DNA of 64,000 nucleotides from Chlamydiae bacterium RIFCSPLOWO2_12_FULL_45_20 (GCA_001796285.1 MGMD01000001.1:10143-74142), one strand, 5' to 3'; positions 28,153 to 36,440 are shown, counted from the stretch's first letter. Notes: generated by a model from the sequence alone, not told the origin. Numbers and translations: made by a program.

Positions 28153-29195
28153 GACCTATTCTCCTTTAAAAAAGCATCCCATTCACTTTGAATCATCGTC
28201 TTCAAATCGGAAACCTTCGGCTCAAACTCCAAAATCTCTTTGGCCTTTTTAATCTCTGCAACTGCAGAGGAGGCTTCCCCTTCTTTTCGCGGCTTGAATG
28301 CATAGGGAACTTTGAAGCCCGTTACTTCTTCAACCGCTCGAATAATTTCCAGTACAGAATATCCTCGACCTGCCCCCAAATTGAAATGGTTGCTCGCTTT
28401 TCCCTCCAGCAAATGATGAAAGGTCATCACGTGCGCAGAAGCGACATCTTTCACGTGAATATAATCGCGGACTGCCGTTCCATCTTCGGTTGCATAATCT
28501 GAGCCAAAGATTTGTACAAAATGGTCTGGCTCAAAAACTGCGCGAACCGCTCGTGGAATTAAGAAGTGACGGGTATGAACGGATCTTTTTAAGTCCGTAT
28601 CGAGGCCCGCTACATTGAAATATCGTAAAATCATGTATTTCAACGGGTACGCATGAGCATAATCCTGAATGATTCTTTCTATCACTTGCTTGCTTACCCC
28701 ATAGGGGCTAATCGGTGCTTGAGGAGACTCTTCCGAAATACTGTCACAGGAACAATCTCCAAAAACCGTACAGGAGCTTGAAAAAACAAGATATTTCACC
28801 TGATGCTTTATCATAGCATTGAGTAAGTTAATAGAACCCACAATATTGTTCGTGTAATAACTCCCAGGATCAGCTACAGAATCTCGCACATTGCGTAAAG
28901 CAGCAAAATGAAACACCGCTTCAGGCTGATATTGTACAAACGCCCTATCCAAGGCATCCCTATCGAGCAAATCGCCTTCGCACAAAGGCCCCCACTTTAC
29001 AGCCTCTTTTTCCCCAAACGCCAAAGAATCATAAACAACTGGGGTAAACCCTGCTTCTTTAAGTGCCTTGCATGTATGGCTCCCAATATACCCAGCTCCT
29101 CCGGTCACTAAAACAATCCGGTCTGCCTCGGAATATAGGGAACCACTGACAACCATAGAAAACAAGGAAAGACATTGAAAGAGTTGTTTCATCAT
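28149..29195 (-). CDS. GalE-like NAD-dependent sugar epimerase with hydrophobic N-terminal extension
   Basis: MMKQLFQCLSLFSMVVSGSLYS precedes VLVTGGAGYIGSH. It has YGVSK (YxxxK) and overall similarity to the galE at 17818. Start set at ATG 29195 (ATGA overlap); the track's 29315 start would overlap the upstream gene by 124 nt. Confidence 0.75.
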   Translation of the reverse strand: MMKQLFQCLSLFSMVVSGSLYSEADRIVLVTGGAGYIGSHTCKALKEAGFTPVVYDSLAFGEKEAVKWGPLCEGDLLDRDALDRAFVQYQPEAVFHFAALRNVRDSVADPGSYYTNNIVGSINLLNAMIKHQVKYLVFSSSCTVFGDCSCDSISEESPQAPISPYGVSKQVIERIIQDYAHAYPLKYMILRYFNVAGLDTDLKRSVHTRHFLIPRAVRAVFEPDHFVQIFGSDYATEDGTAVRDYIHVKDVASAHVMTFHHLLEGKASNHFNLGAGRGYSVLEIIRAVEEVTGFKVPYAFKPRKEGEASSAVAEIKKAKEILEFEPKVSDLKTMIQSEWDAFLKENRS

Positions 29196-29896
29196 TGACT
29201 CACCATTACATCTTGAAGAAGGCGAATCCCTTCTTGGTAATCTTTCCCCTTCAAGTCTAAAGAAATGAGAATTTCGAACAAAGAAGGGGGGAAAAAAGAG
29301 GGATGGATCCACCAATCTTCAAAAGAAGATCCTGAGAAGGACACATCAGAAAAAAGTAAATGATATCCCAAAGATCGTAAAATCTCCCGCTCTCCTTCCC
29401 GATAAATATCACCATAACGATAAAAATCGTGTTCTATAGTGATGACTTTAAAAATATACCGATCAAAGGGAATCTTCTTTAAGAGATCGACATACTGAGC
29501 ATCAATATCTAAAGAGAGATAGTCAATAACAGTCGGAAAAGATTGAAGCATAGTCCGATAATCTGACAGCAAGGCATCTTCAGTTAGCAAAAGATTGTTT
29601 CGAGCTGCATACCACCTTTGGCTAAGGCCTTCAGAAATATCGACACTGACTCCTTTCCAACCGAGATTCTTCTCAAAGAAATAGGAGTTGTTAATACAGA
29701 TAGGCTCGCCAGCCCCAATCTCAAGATAATAGCCCTGATCTTGTTTGCCAAGCAATCCATAGAGCATCATATGAACAAATTGATCCTGAAGCGCTTGGGA
29801 ATGGTATTGTGGATGGGGGTCTGCGTTGTTCAATGCTTCTAACCTCTGAGAAAGGCCAAGTATTACGCATAGTAAAAAAGCTGCGATCTTCGTCAT
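29192..29896 (-). CDS. FkbM-family methyltransferase with signal-like N-terminus
   Basis: MTKIAAFLLCVILGLSQ, then GYYLEIGAGEPICINNSYFFEKNLGWKGVSVD, close to paralog 31855..32565. Start is a judgement call between 29896 and 29923; the track gives 30064. Confidence 0.6.
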   Translation of the reverse strand: MTKIAAFLLCVILGLSQRLEALNNADPHPQYHSQALQDQFVHMMLYGLLGKQDQGYYLEIGAGEPICINNSYFFEKNLGWKGVSVDISEGLSQRWYAARNNLLLTEDALLSDYRTMLQSFPTVIDYLSLDIDAQYVDLLKKIPFDRYIFKVITIEHDFYRYGDIYREGEREILRSLGYHLLFSDVSFSGSSFEDWWIHPSFFPPSLFEILISLDLKGKDYQEGIRLLQDVMVSQ

Positions 29897-29996
29897 TTTG
29901 ATTTCCAAAGTACATTGATTCATAGGCAAAGCACTGTAAACAACTATTTGAATTTCTTGCAAGCCAAAAATGTTTTCAAAACAACAAAGCCGAGGT

Positions 29997-30935
29997 TCAA
30001 AGGGGGATACATTGGTAGATAAGATCATCAAAAAACTGAGGAGAAAATTGCTGCGCTTGTTCACTGAGGAGATATTGCTGAATTTCTTCTATATATCTTT
30101 GATGGATTTCTTGAGGCATTGTAGAAATGCATTCATAAAGCTCTGCATGAGTTGCAAAATCTCGATAATCAATAAAGCATGATTTGGGAATATAGCACTC
30201 TATGTTGTCTGCACCCCAATACACAGGAATGCATCCGGCAGCAAAGCAGCTAAAAATTTTCTCAGTAATATAACCCTGTAATCCTATTGTGTTTTCAAAA
30301 CAGATACAAAAACGGTAATTTTGGAGGGTAGAGATTTTTTCTTCTCCAGAATGAAGACCAAGAATGTGACCTTTGTGCATGGATATATTCTCTAACTCAG
30401 GAGGACATCTTCCATAACATTCTAGCTCTTGGGGATGACTCGCTTCAAAGAACTTGAGCACGTGTAAGCGTGGACTCGTCCAGTTACCTACGACCATCGT
30501 GCATAATTTTCTTTCCGCAAAAGAGAAAGGGTTTTCTCTATATGGCGTCAAATAAGGGTAGTTAAAACGGAAAAACTTGATGTTATCAACCAGAGTGTCA
30601 TCCCAAGTATACACTCGTGAATAAGCATCGTATAAGTCAAACGGCAACACACCCGGTTCCCATACAAAAAGAACGAGCTTTTCTTTGGGCAGCGTAGGAA
30701 TGATGTTCACACCCCCTCCAAAAATAGGATCAAAAACAATGATTTTTTTTACGTCCCGATTCGCAGCAGATTTTGTCAAATAGTCAATAGGACATGTTCG
30801 ATGTATCTGAAATGGCTGTTTTCCATTCAATAATTTTGATGGGAGCTCTTCTATATTAAAACTAGAAACAACATCCACTTCTATTCCATAGATTGAAAAA
30901 ATAAGAAAAGTGCAGAGTAGAAGGATCTTGTTCAT
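29997..30935 (-). CDS. alpha-1,3(/4)-fucosyltransferase (GT10) with signal-like N-terminus
   Basis: FCICFENTIGLQGYITEKIFSCFAAGCIPVYWG is the GT10 nucleotide-sugar motif. N-terminus MNKILLLCTFLIFSIYG. Confidence 0.75.
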   Translation of the reverse strand: MNKILLLCTFLIFSIYGIEVDVVSSFNIEELPSKLLNGKQPFQIHRTCPIDYLTKSAANRDVKKIIVFDPIFGGGVNIIPTLPKEKLVLFVWEPGVLPFDLYDAYSRVYTWDDTLVDNIKFFRFNYPYLTPYRENPFSFAERKLCTMVVGNWTSPRLHVLKFFEASHPQELECYGRCPPELENISMHKGHILGLHSGEEKISTLQNYRFCICFENTIGLQGYITEKIFSCFAAGCIPVYWGADNIECYIPKSCFIDYRDFATHAELYECISTMPQEIHQRYIEEIQQYLLSEQAQQFSPQFFDDLIYQCIPL

Positions 30936-31858
30936 AGATTTTTACTAATGTCTACTTTCTGAGGATGAAAAAGCGCATTTCGTCTGGCAACGACCAGACC
31001 ATCAACCGAATAACTTGCTTGAGGAGAGTGTTCGGCTACAATTTCATAAGAGTGCACTGTTAGAAAATTTATACAATCATGGTGAATTTTTTCAGAATGT
31101 GTAGAAATAAAAAAGTAATCAATTTTCCCTAATTCAATAGATTGAATGGCTGATTCTAACATTTCATATTCAGATCCTTGTATATCTGAATGTAAAATAT
31201 TCACATGGTCAATATGATGTTCCTCTAAAAAAGAGTCGATAAGAATTTGTCTCGCTCCTTGGGAGTTTCCTGCATCGCTTCCACATGTGCCAACATAACC
31301 ACGAACAAAGGAAGCAGACAAGTGATTCAGAGCAAAATTTTTTCTTCCCAGATCTAAGCGTTCTGGATCTGGTTCAATTAAGTAATTGATCGATTCTGTT
31401 ACCTCCTTGGCAAACCAGAGAGAGTAATATCCCCAATAACTCCCCAGCTCGATCATTGTTGCTTTTTTAGGGATATATTTAAGAACCTCATAAAAAACTT
31501 TTTCTTCTTGTGGCTCATGATGCCCTTTTAACCCGTAGATCAAATCAGTCATCCAAGCTGCGCAATAACCGTCTTTGACGACTTTTATGCTGTTATGCAT
31601 GAGCTGGTAAGGGATCTCTTCTTCTTGATCAAAAACTTTTCCTGCATCCGGACATTTAGGAATATGATCCGCATCCTCGCAACTCATCGTTAGAATAATT
31701 CTCGCATAGGCATCCCACAACCCTTTGTCAGCAATCCAGTGAAGAAATTCCTGCTTATGCTCTTTGATATCGTTTTGATAACTTAAATCTTGCCAATAAG
31801 AATGTCCCAATGAGGGGATCAGGGATATGCAAAATAGAGTGACCGTTTGTATCTTCAT
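30932..31858 (-). CDS. FkbM-family methyltransferase with signal-like N-terminus
   Basis: MKIQTVTLFCISLIPSLG, then MIELGSYWGYYSLWFA and ILHSDIQGSEYEML. ATGA overlaps at both ends. Confidence 0.55.
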   Translation of the reverse strand: MKIQTVTLFCISLIPSLGHSYWQDLSYQNDIKEHKQEFLHWIADKGLWDAYARIILTMSCEDADHIPKCPDAGKVFDQEEEIPYQLMHNSIKVVKDGYCAAWMTDLIYGLKGHHEPQEEKVFYEVLKYIPKKATMIELGSYWGYYSLWFAKEVTESINYLIEPDPERLDLGRKNFALNHLSASFVRGYVGTCGSDAGNSQGARQILIDSFLEEHHIDHVNILHSDIQGSEYEMLESAIQSIELGKIDYFFISTHSEKIHHDCINFLTVHSYEIVAEHSPQASYSVDGLVVARRNALFHPQKVDISKNL

Positions 31859-32565
31859 GGGAAAATATCCTTTATTTTTTGATAAATGTCATCTGGACCT
31901 AACTCACATATTTTCCTATACCCTAAAGGTTCGAGAAATGCTTGGAAGGGATCATGATAATTATTTTCGACTTCAATCACATCGATGTCAATACGAGAAA
32001 AATCAATGGACTGAAGAATCCCCAATTCCCCGCCTTCAGTATCGATACTGAGATAGTCAATATGGTGCATATGATGATCGATCAAAAGATCCGTTAGATC
32101 ATAACATTTCACGTTGATTATTTCTGATTGTCCTCCATTGAGGTCGATTTCCCACTGGATTCTTTTCAAGTGTTGCGGATCATAATTTTCCATGATCCCG
32201 CTTAACATTTCAGCCCACCCAGAAATTTTTAAGAAGGGAACACTGTCCCGGTTATCAAAAATACAACCCTGGACGCATACACAGCTTCTGTTCTTTTTTA
32301 ATCGGTTGTAAACTTCGGGAATAGGTTCAACGCAAATCCCCGTCCATCCCATGCTTTTTTCAAAAAAATAGGTGTTGCTCAATGTGATTCCATCATGTGC
32401 TCCAATATCTACAAAAACACCATTTTGTTTGTTTTTGAAAAATTTCTCATAAACATATTGGTCTTGTTGATATTGACTATAGAACTTATGTTCTTCTGCA
32501 AAGACACACAACGTATTAAACTGTGAAATAATGATCACAAATAGTAAGCCACCTAGTCGATGCAT
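31855..32565 (-). CDS. FkbM-family methyltransferase with signal-like N-terminus
   Basis: MHRLGGLLFVIIISQFNTLCVFA, then GVFVDIGAHDGITLSNTYFFEKSMGWTGICVEP and LSIDTEGGEL. The track start is 32589. Confidence 0.6.
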   Translation of the reverse strand: MHRLGGLLFVIIISQFNTLCVFAEEHKFYSQYQQDQYVYEKFFKNKQNGVFVDIGAHDGITLSNTYFFEKSMGWTGICVEPIPEVYNRLKKNRSCVCVQGCIFDNRDSVPFLKISGWAEMLSGIMENYDPQHLKRIQWEIDLNGGQSEIINVKCYDLTDLLIDHHMHHIDYLSIDTEGGELGILQSIDFSRIDIDVIEVENNYHDPFQAFLEPLGYRKICELGPDDIYQKIKDIFP

Positions 32566-32636
32566 TTTGTCTCCGTTTTGCTTTTCCAAAATACCCTATC
32601 GCCAGTTTGTTTTCAAAACTTTACTGCGAGCTTTTA

Positions 32637-32655
32637 CCTCGACTTTGTACATTTT
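32637..32655 (-). promoter_or_regulatory. copy of the CCTCGACTxTGTACATTTT motif in the divergent glycan-operon / T3SS-operon intergenic region
   Basis: cctcgactttgtacatttt matches 18 of its 19 positions with the arm at 22231..22250, in the orientation that points toward the downstream minus-strand operon. Confidence 0.5.
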
Positions 32656-32834
32656 CTAGAAGAACCCTGGGTTATGCAAGTCTAATGAACCCATCAGATT
32701 TTTTAATTCCATTTTTATCCCGTTACTGGTTATTATCTTAGAAAATTAAAAAAATGGGTCGTCTGGCGCTGAAATCCCCTCCAACCTATGATGGGGGTGC
32801 GTCCAGCAGAATCCAGCAAGAGAAGAGGCACATT

Positions 32835-33572
32835 ATGGCAGAGATAACAAGCGTTTCAGATGATGAAGAGGATGTCCGAAACATCTTCTTACCGGTTCAT
32901 TCACAGCCCGTGCATTTACAAGAGCTCCCCGTCCAAGAGCAACAACTTCTACACAATGTTACTGCACAGCTTCCTCGTATTTCCTCGGCTCAACCGCATC
33001 CGATGTCTCCCCCTCTCGATCCCAGCCGAGTCACTTTCAGTTCTCCTGAATCAAGCGCTACCGTTGAGGCATTAGAACATTTATCCCAGGAACTAGACAA
33101 TGTCGCTCAGTCAGGCTCTTTGAAATTTCCTAAGCTTGCCTGGGAAGCTGTCCAGCTGTCTCTAGCCAAAGAAAAACAACTCAATGAGAAAATGAATGGT
33201 CACATTGAGGAAGCGGGAAAGATCCAAAAAAATATTGACCTCCTACTCGACCTGAATGCGCTCCTTATTCCTCTTAAAAAAGAGTCGAATGAGGTGTCCC
33301 AGGAATTGAAAAATCTGTTGGGCGAGTTAAAAGAAAGAGGCATTGATCTTTGGAAAAACGACGGAAAAACCCTGAGCAAGGAAGACATCGCTCAACTCAA
33401 AAGTCTTTCGAGCGCGCAAACCGACAAGCTCCGTTCGAACCTGCAGATTCTTTTTACAACACAGATTAACGATTGTGTACATAAGATCCAAGCCATTCTA
33501 GAAGCCTGTAAAAATATCATCCGAGAGAATTCTCAGTTGATGCGCCACATCTTGGAGCAATCAAAGAGGTAA
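32835..33572 (+). CDS. hypothetical helical/coiled-coil protein at the head of the translocator operon
   Basis: Start trimmed to ATG 32835 (AGAAGAGG upstream). Acidic, proline-rich N-half and long amphipathic helices in the C-half. No TM and no recognised family. Confidence 0.5.
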   Translation: MAEITSVSDDEEDVRNIFLPVHSQPVHLQELPVQEQQLLHNVTAQLPRISSAQPHPMSPPLDPSRVTFSSPESSATVEALEHLSQELDNVAQSGSLKFPKLAWEAVQLSLAKEKQLNEKMNGHIEEAGKIQKNIDLLLDLNALLIPLKKESNEVSQELKNLLGELKERGIDLWKNDGKTLSKEDIAQLKSLSSAQTDKLRSNLQILFTTQINDCVHKIQAILEACKNIIRENSQLMRHILEQSKR

Positions 33573-33574
33573 CC

Positions 33575-33979
33575 ATGCAAGTGCATTCCAACTTTGAGCT
33601 TTCCGAAGAAGAAGTAGAAAGATTCTATACATTTGGATTTGCCCAATATGGTTCCGGTAACTGGAGTGAAGCGGCAGATGCATTCCGCATCCTTTGCACC
33701 CGAAGGCCGTTAGAGCCTCGATTCTGGTTTGCACTGGGAGCTACCCTTCAAGAAGCGGGTGATTACCAAGATGCTCTTCACTCTTGGGCTATGGCCTCTC
33801 TTTTGAAACAAGAAGATCCCTACCCACACTTTCATGCAGCGGAGTGTTATTTTTCTTTAAAAATTTCCGCCCAGGCAGAAAAGGCTCTCAAAGAGGCAGA
33901 AACCCTCATTCAAAAAGAATCCCAGCATCCACTGAAACCAAAGATCATAGTGCTAAAACAGCAGTGGAGCCTCTCATGA
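33575..33979 (+). CDS. type III secretion class II (translocator) chaperone, LcrH/SycD/Scc family
   Basis: 134-aa TPR protein. FYTFGFAQYGSGNWSEAADAFRILC...FWFALGATLQEAGDYQDALHSW...PYPHFHAAECYFSL follows the LcrH/SycD consensus. Confidence 0.85.
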   Translation: MQVHSNFELSEEEVERFYTFGFAQYGSGNWSEAADAFRILCTRRPLEPRFWFALGATLQEAGDYQDALHSWAMASLLKQEDPYPHFHAAECYFSLKISAQAEKALKEAETLIQKESQHPLKPKIIVLKQQWSLS

Positions 33980-34899
33980 CTGTCTCGCTAGATGAAGAAC
34001 AATGGTTCTTCCCCACAGACGTCTACCCTTCCCTCCTTCAGAAGGGAAGCCCGGTTGGGTCTATATCTCAACCAGTTTCCATACGTTCTTCTCTAGGAAC
34101 TACTGAAGAACCCGCTCATCCTCCCCAGCATCGTCCCGTACTTGCGGAGCCAACCAGAAATCCCATGTACAAAATTGTTGCTATCCAAGGAGAATCTGAA
34201 CGACTCTCTGCAAGGTCCATAGACATATTGGGTCAAGAAATTCGCTGCCGTTTGTCCGAGATCGAAGAACTCTCCGCTAAAAAAGAAGAAGAACTTCGCA
34301 AAGCGGCTGCAGCGGCAGCCTCCAGAGATACCTGGGAAGTAGTCAGCAGAATTTCAGAGTACTTTCTAGGAGTGGGCGCAGCGCTTGTTGGAGCCTCATT
34401 GGGAGGAGTTCCGGGCGCTATCCTCCTCGCCTCAGGCTTGATCGGTGTTGGCAATCGAGTCCTTCACGAAACCCATTTCCTTCAGACAGCCATTGCTTGG
34501 TTCGTTCACTCCGAAGAGCTTCAAAAACAGCTCACCCAAAAAATCGAAATGGTGCTGTTGTTCTTGCAAATGGGCCTAGGACTTGCAGGGGGGTACGCCG
34601 CATGGCAGACAGGAGCTTTCGCTGCAGCCAATCAAGCCGGCGCACTCAACCTAATGCAAAAAATAGTGACAGGGACAGGCGGTGTAGCCACAGCCGGTGC
34701 ACAGCTGGGCTTGGCCTATTATAAGAAACAGGTTGCAGACCACGAAACCAACAGTGCAGAAATGTCTGCAGAGATCACATCCAAGCACCATGAAGTATCG
34801 CAAGACGCCGCCCAGATCTCTCAGCTCCAGAGTACAATCCAAGAAGAAATCCGAGCCATCCAAACAATCATAAATCGTCAACGAGTATCCAGTGATTAA
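33976..34899 (+). CDS. type III secretion major translocator-like protein (CopB/YopB-class, compact)
   Basis: ATG 33976 overlaps the chaperone stop (ATGA). Two long hydrophobic segments (YFLGVGAALVGASLGGVPGAILLASGLIGVG and MVLLFLQMGLGLAGGYAAW) are flanked by coiled-coil stretches. It sits immediately after the class II chaperone. Confidence 0.6.
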   Translation: MTVSLDEEQWFFPTDVYPSLLQKGSPVGSISQPVSIRSSLGTTEEPAHPPQHRPVLAEPTRNPMYKIVAIQGESERLSARSIDILGQEIRCRLSEIEELSAKKEEELRKAAAAAASRDTWEVVSRISEYFLGVGAALVGASLGGVPGAILLASGLIGVGNRVLHETHFLQTAIAWFVHSEELQKQLTQKIEMVLLFLQMGLGLAGGYAAWQTGAFAAANQAGALNLMQKIVTGTGGVATAGAQLGLAYYKKQVADHETNSAEMSAEITSKHHEVSQDAAQISQLQSTIQEEIRAIQTIINRQRVSSD

Positions 34900-34910
34900 A
34901 GGAAAATACA

Positions 34911-35573
34911 ATGCCAAGTAAAGTAGACCTTCATACAGAGCTATCCACAATTGTCCCGCAGATCCAGGGTGATGCCACAAAGGTTCCTGTCTCTGAATGT
35001 CCAGATGCTGTAACCATTGAGAAAGTCCGTGAGTCCGGAAAACCTGTGCTGACAGGGCAGCTGTACCCAGTCAGTCAGTCTTTAGATCAACGAGTGACCC
35101 AACCTAACGCAACTTCCTATCGTGCGAGAATGCTCGCGTTAATTGCGCAAATCCTTGCGCAGCTCAACCGTATTTCTCAAGCCCAAAAAATTCAAAATGA
35201 TGCGAATAAAACGCAATATACTGAAAAAAACCGCGAAGCAGCCATCTTGAATCGAGGACTGTCTCAGCATAACTTGGTGTCCTCTTTTGCGCTCTTTGGG
35301 GTCTCGTTATTGCCGATGCTTCCCGGCGCAAATACGTTGGACCAAAACGTATTCAATTTGTTGGCCAAGGACGTCGGCCCTATGATCAGGGACTTTCTTG
35401 GATCGAGCAAACAAATAGGAGCTCAACAATTACTCAGCGAGGCCAACCTCGTTTTGAATCAATTGCAAGCTCTCGCAAACGAAGGGCAATTAACGAAGTC
35501 ACAGCAGGATGAAATGACCCGACTTCTTCAAGAGCTGGATCAAATTCTGGTTACTGCCGCCCGTGCTGGGTAG
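34911..35573 (+). CDS. type III secretion minor translocator-like protein (CopD/YopD-class, compact)
   Basis: 220-aa ORF with one central hydrophobic segment (LVSSFALFGVSLLPMLPGA) and a C-terminal amphipathic helix. The call rests on position after the B-type translocator. Confidence 0.5.
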   Translation: MPSKVDLHTELSTIVPQIQGDATKVPVSECPDAVTIEKVRESGKPVLTGQLYPVSQSLDQRVTQPNATSYRARMLALIAQILAQLNRISQAQKIQNDANKTQYTEKNREAAILNRGLSQHNLVSSFALFGVSLLPMLPGANTLDQNVFNLLAKDVGPMIRDFLGSSKQIGAQQLLSEANLVLNQLQALANEGQLTKSQQDEMTRLLQELDQILVTAARAG

Positions 35574-35636
35574 TTTGACCACAATCCCCGCTTCGCCTAG
35601 AATGACGGTTTGGCCCGTTGTCCAGGGAGGCGGTTC

Positions 35637-36440
35637 GTGCTTGTTCTCGTAAAAAAACATTCAGCGCGTATTCTAGAAACCATCGGCGACTATGTAAGTC
35701 TTTGTTTCGATGTGCTTCGGGCGGCTCTCAAAAAACCTCCTGCCTGGAAGTTGGTTCGAGACCAGCTCTTTCACATCGGTGTCATGTCACTCTCTGTGGT
35801 CGCTATTACGGGCTTTACAACAGGCTTTGTACTAGCAGCTCAGTCCTTTTACCAATTGGGAGAAAAAGGCCTTGCCACCGTAACTGGTGTTCTGGTCGGT
35901 AAATCCATGATCGTAGAACTCGGCCCTATTTTAACAGCCTTTATGGTCACAGGAAGAGTTGGCTCTTCTATGTGCGCAGAGCTTGGTACCATGAGAGTCA
36001 CTGAGCAAATTGATGCCCTCAGATCCATGGCGATCAATCCTTACGCTTATTTAGTGGCCCCTCGCTTTATCGCCGGAGTGCTCATGGTTCCCCTCCTCAC
36101 CTTTTTTAGTGCGATGATGGGAATTATGGGAGGGTATCTCATCGCATCCAGTCTGTTTCACCTTTCGGCAGCCAACTATTTTGATCCGATGCAAATCCAT
36201 ATCAGTCTCTTTGATGTGGCAACCGGCGCCATTAAAGCCTTTGTGTTCGGCATTCTTATGGTCACTGTTTGCTGCTACCGCGGGATGCAAACCACAGGAG
36301 GCGCCGCGGGAGTGGGAAAAGCCACGACTCAAAGTGTTGTCACCAGTTATAGTTTGATTCTCGTCGCAGATTTCTTTCTCACCATGGCTCTGAATATGAT
36401 CCATCAAAGACTGAAGCTAGGATGGATATACAGCGGATGA
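35637..36440 (+). CDS. mlaE: phospholipid ABC transporter permease MlaE
   Basis: GPILTAFMVTGRVGSSMCAELGTMRVTEQIDALRSMAINP is the MlaE/DUF140 signature. Start placed at GTG 35637, 8 nt after GGGAGG; the track start is TTG 35610. Confidence 0.85.
   Translation: MLVLVKKHSARILETIGDYVSLCFDVLRAALKKPPAWKLVRDQLFHIGVMSLSVVAITGFTTGFVLAAQSFYQLGEKGLATVTGVLVGKSMIVELGPILTAFMVTGRVGSSMCAELGTMRVTEQIDALRSMAINPYAYLVAPRFIAGVLMVPLLTFFSAMMGIMGGYLIASSLFHLSAANYFDPMQIHISLFDVATGAIKAFVFGILMVTVCCYRGMQTTGGAAGVGKATTQSVVTSYSLILVADFFLTMALNMIHQRLKLGWIYSG

Noticed and set aside
33784-33975. Upstream extension of the translocator ORF (track start 33784) overlapping the chaperone gene
   Set aside because: It overlaps the well-supported LcrH-like CDS in another frame. 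The ATG at 33976 forms an ATGA junction with the chaperone stop, and the extension has arbitrary composition.
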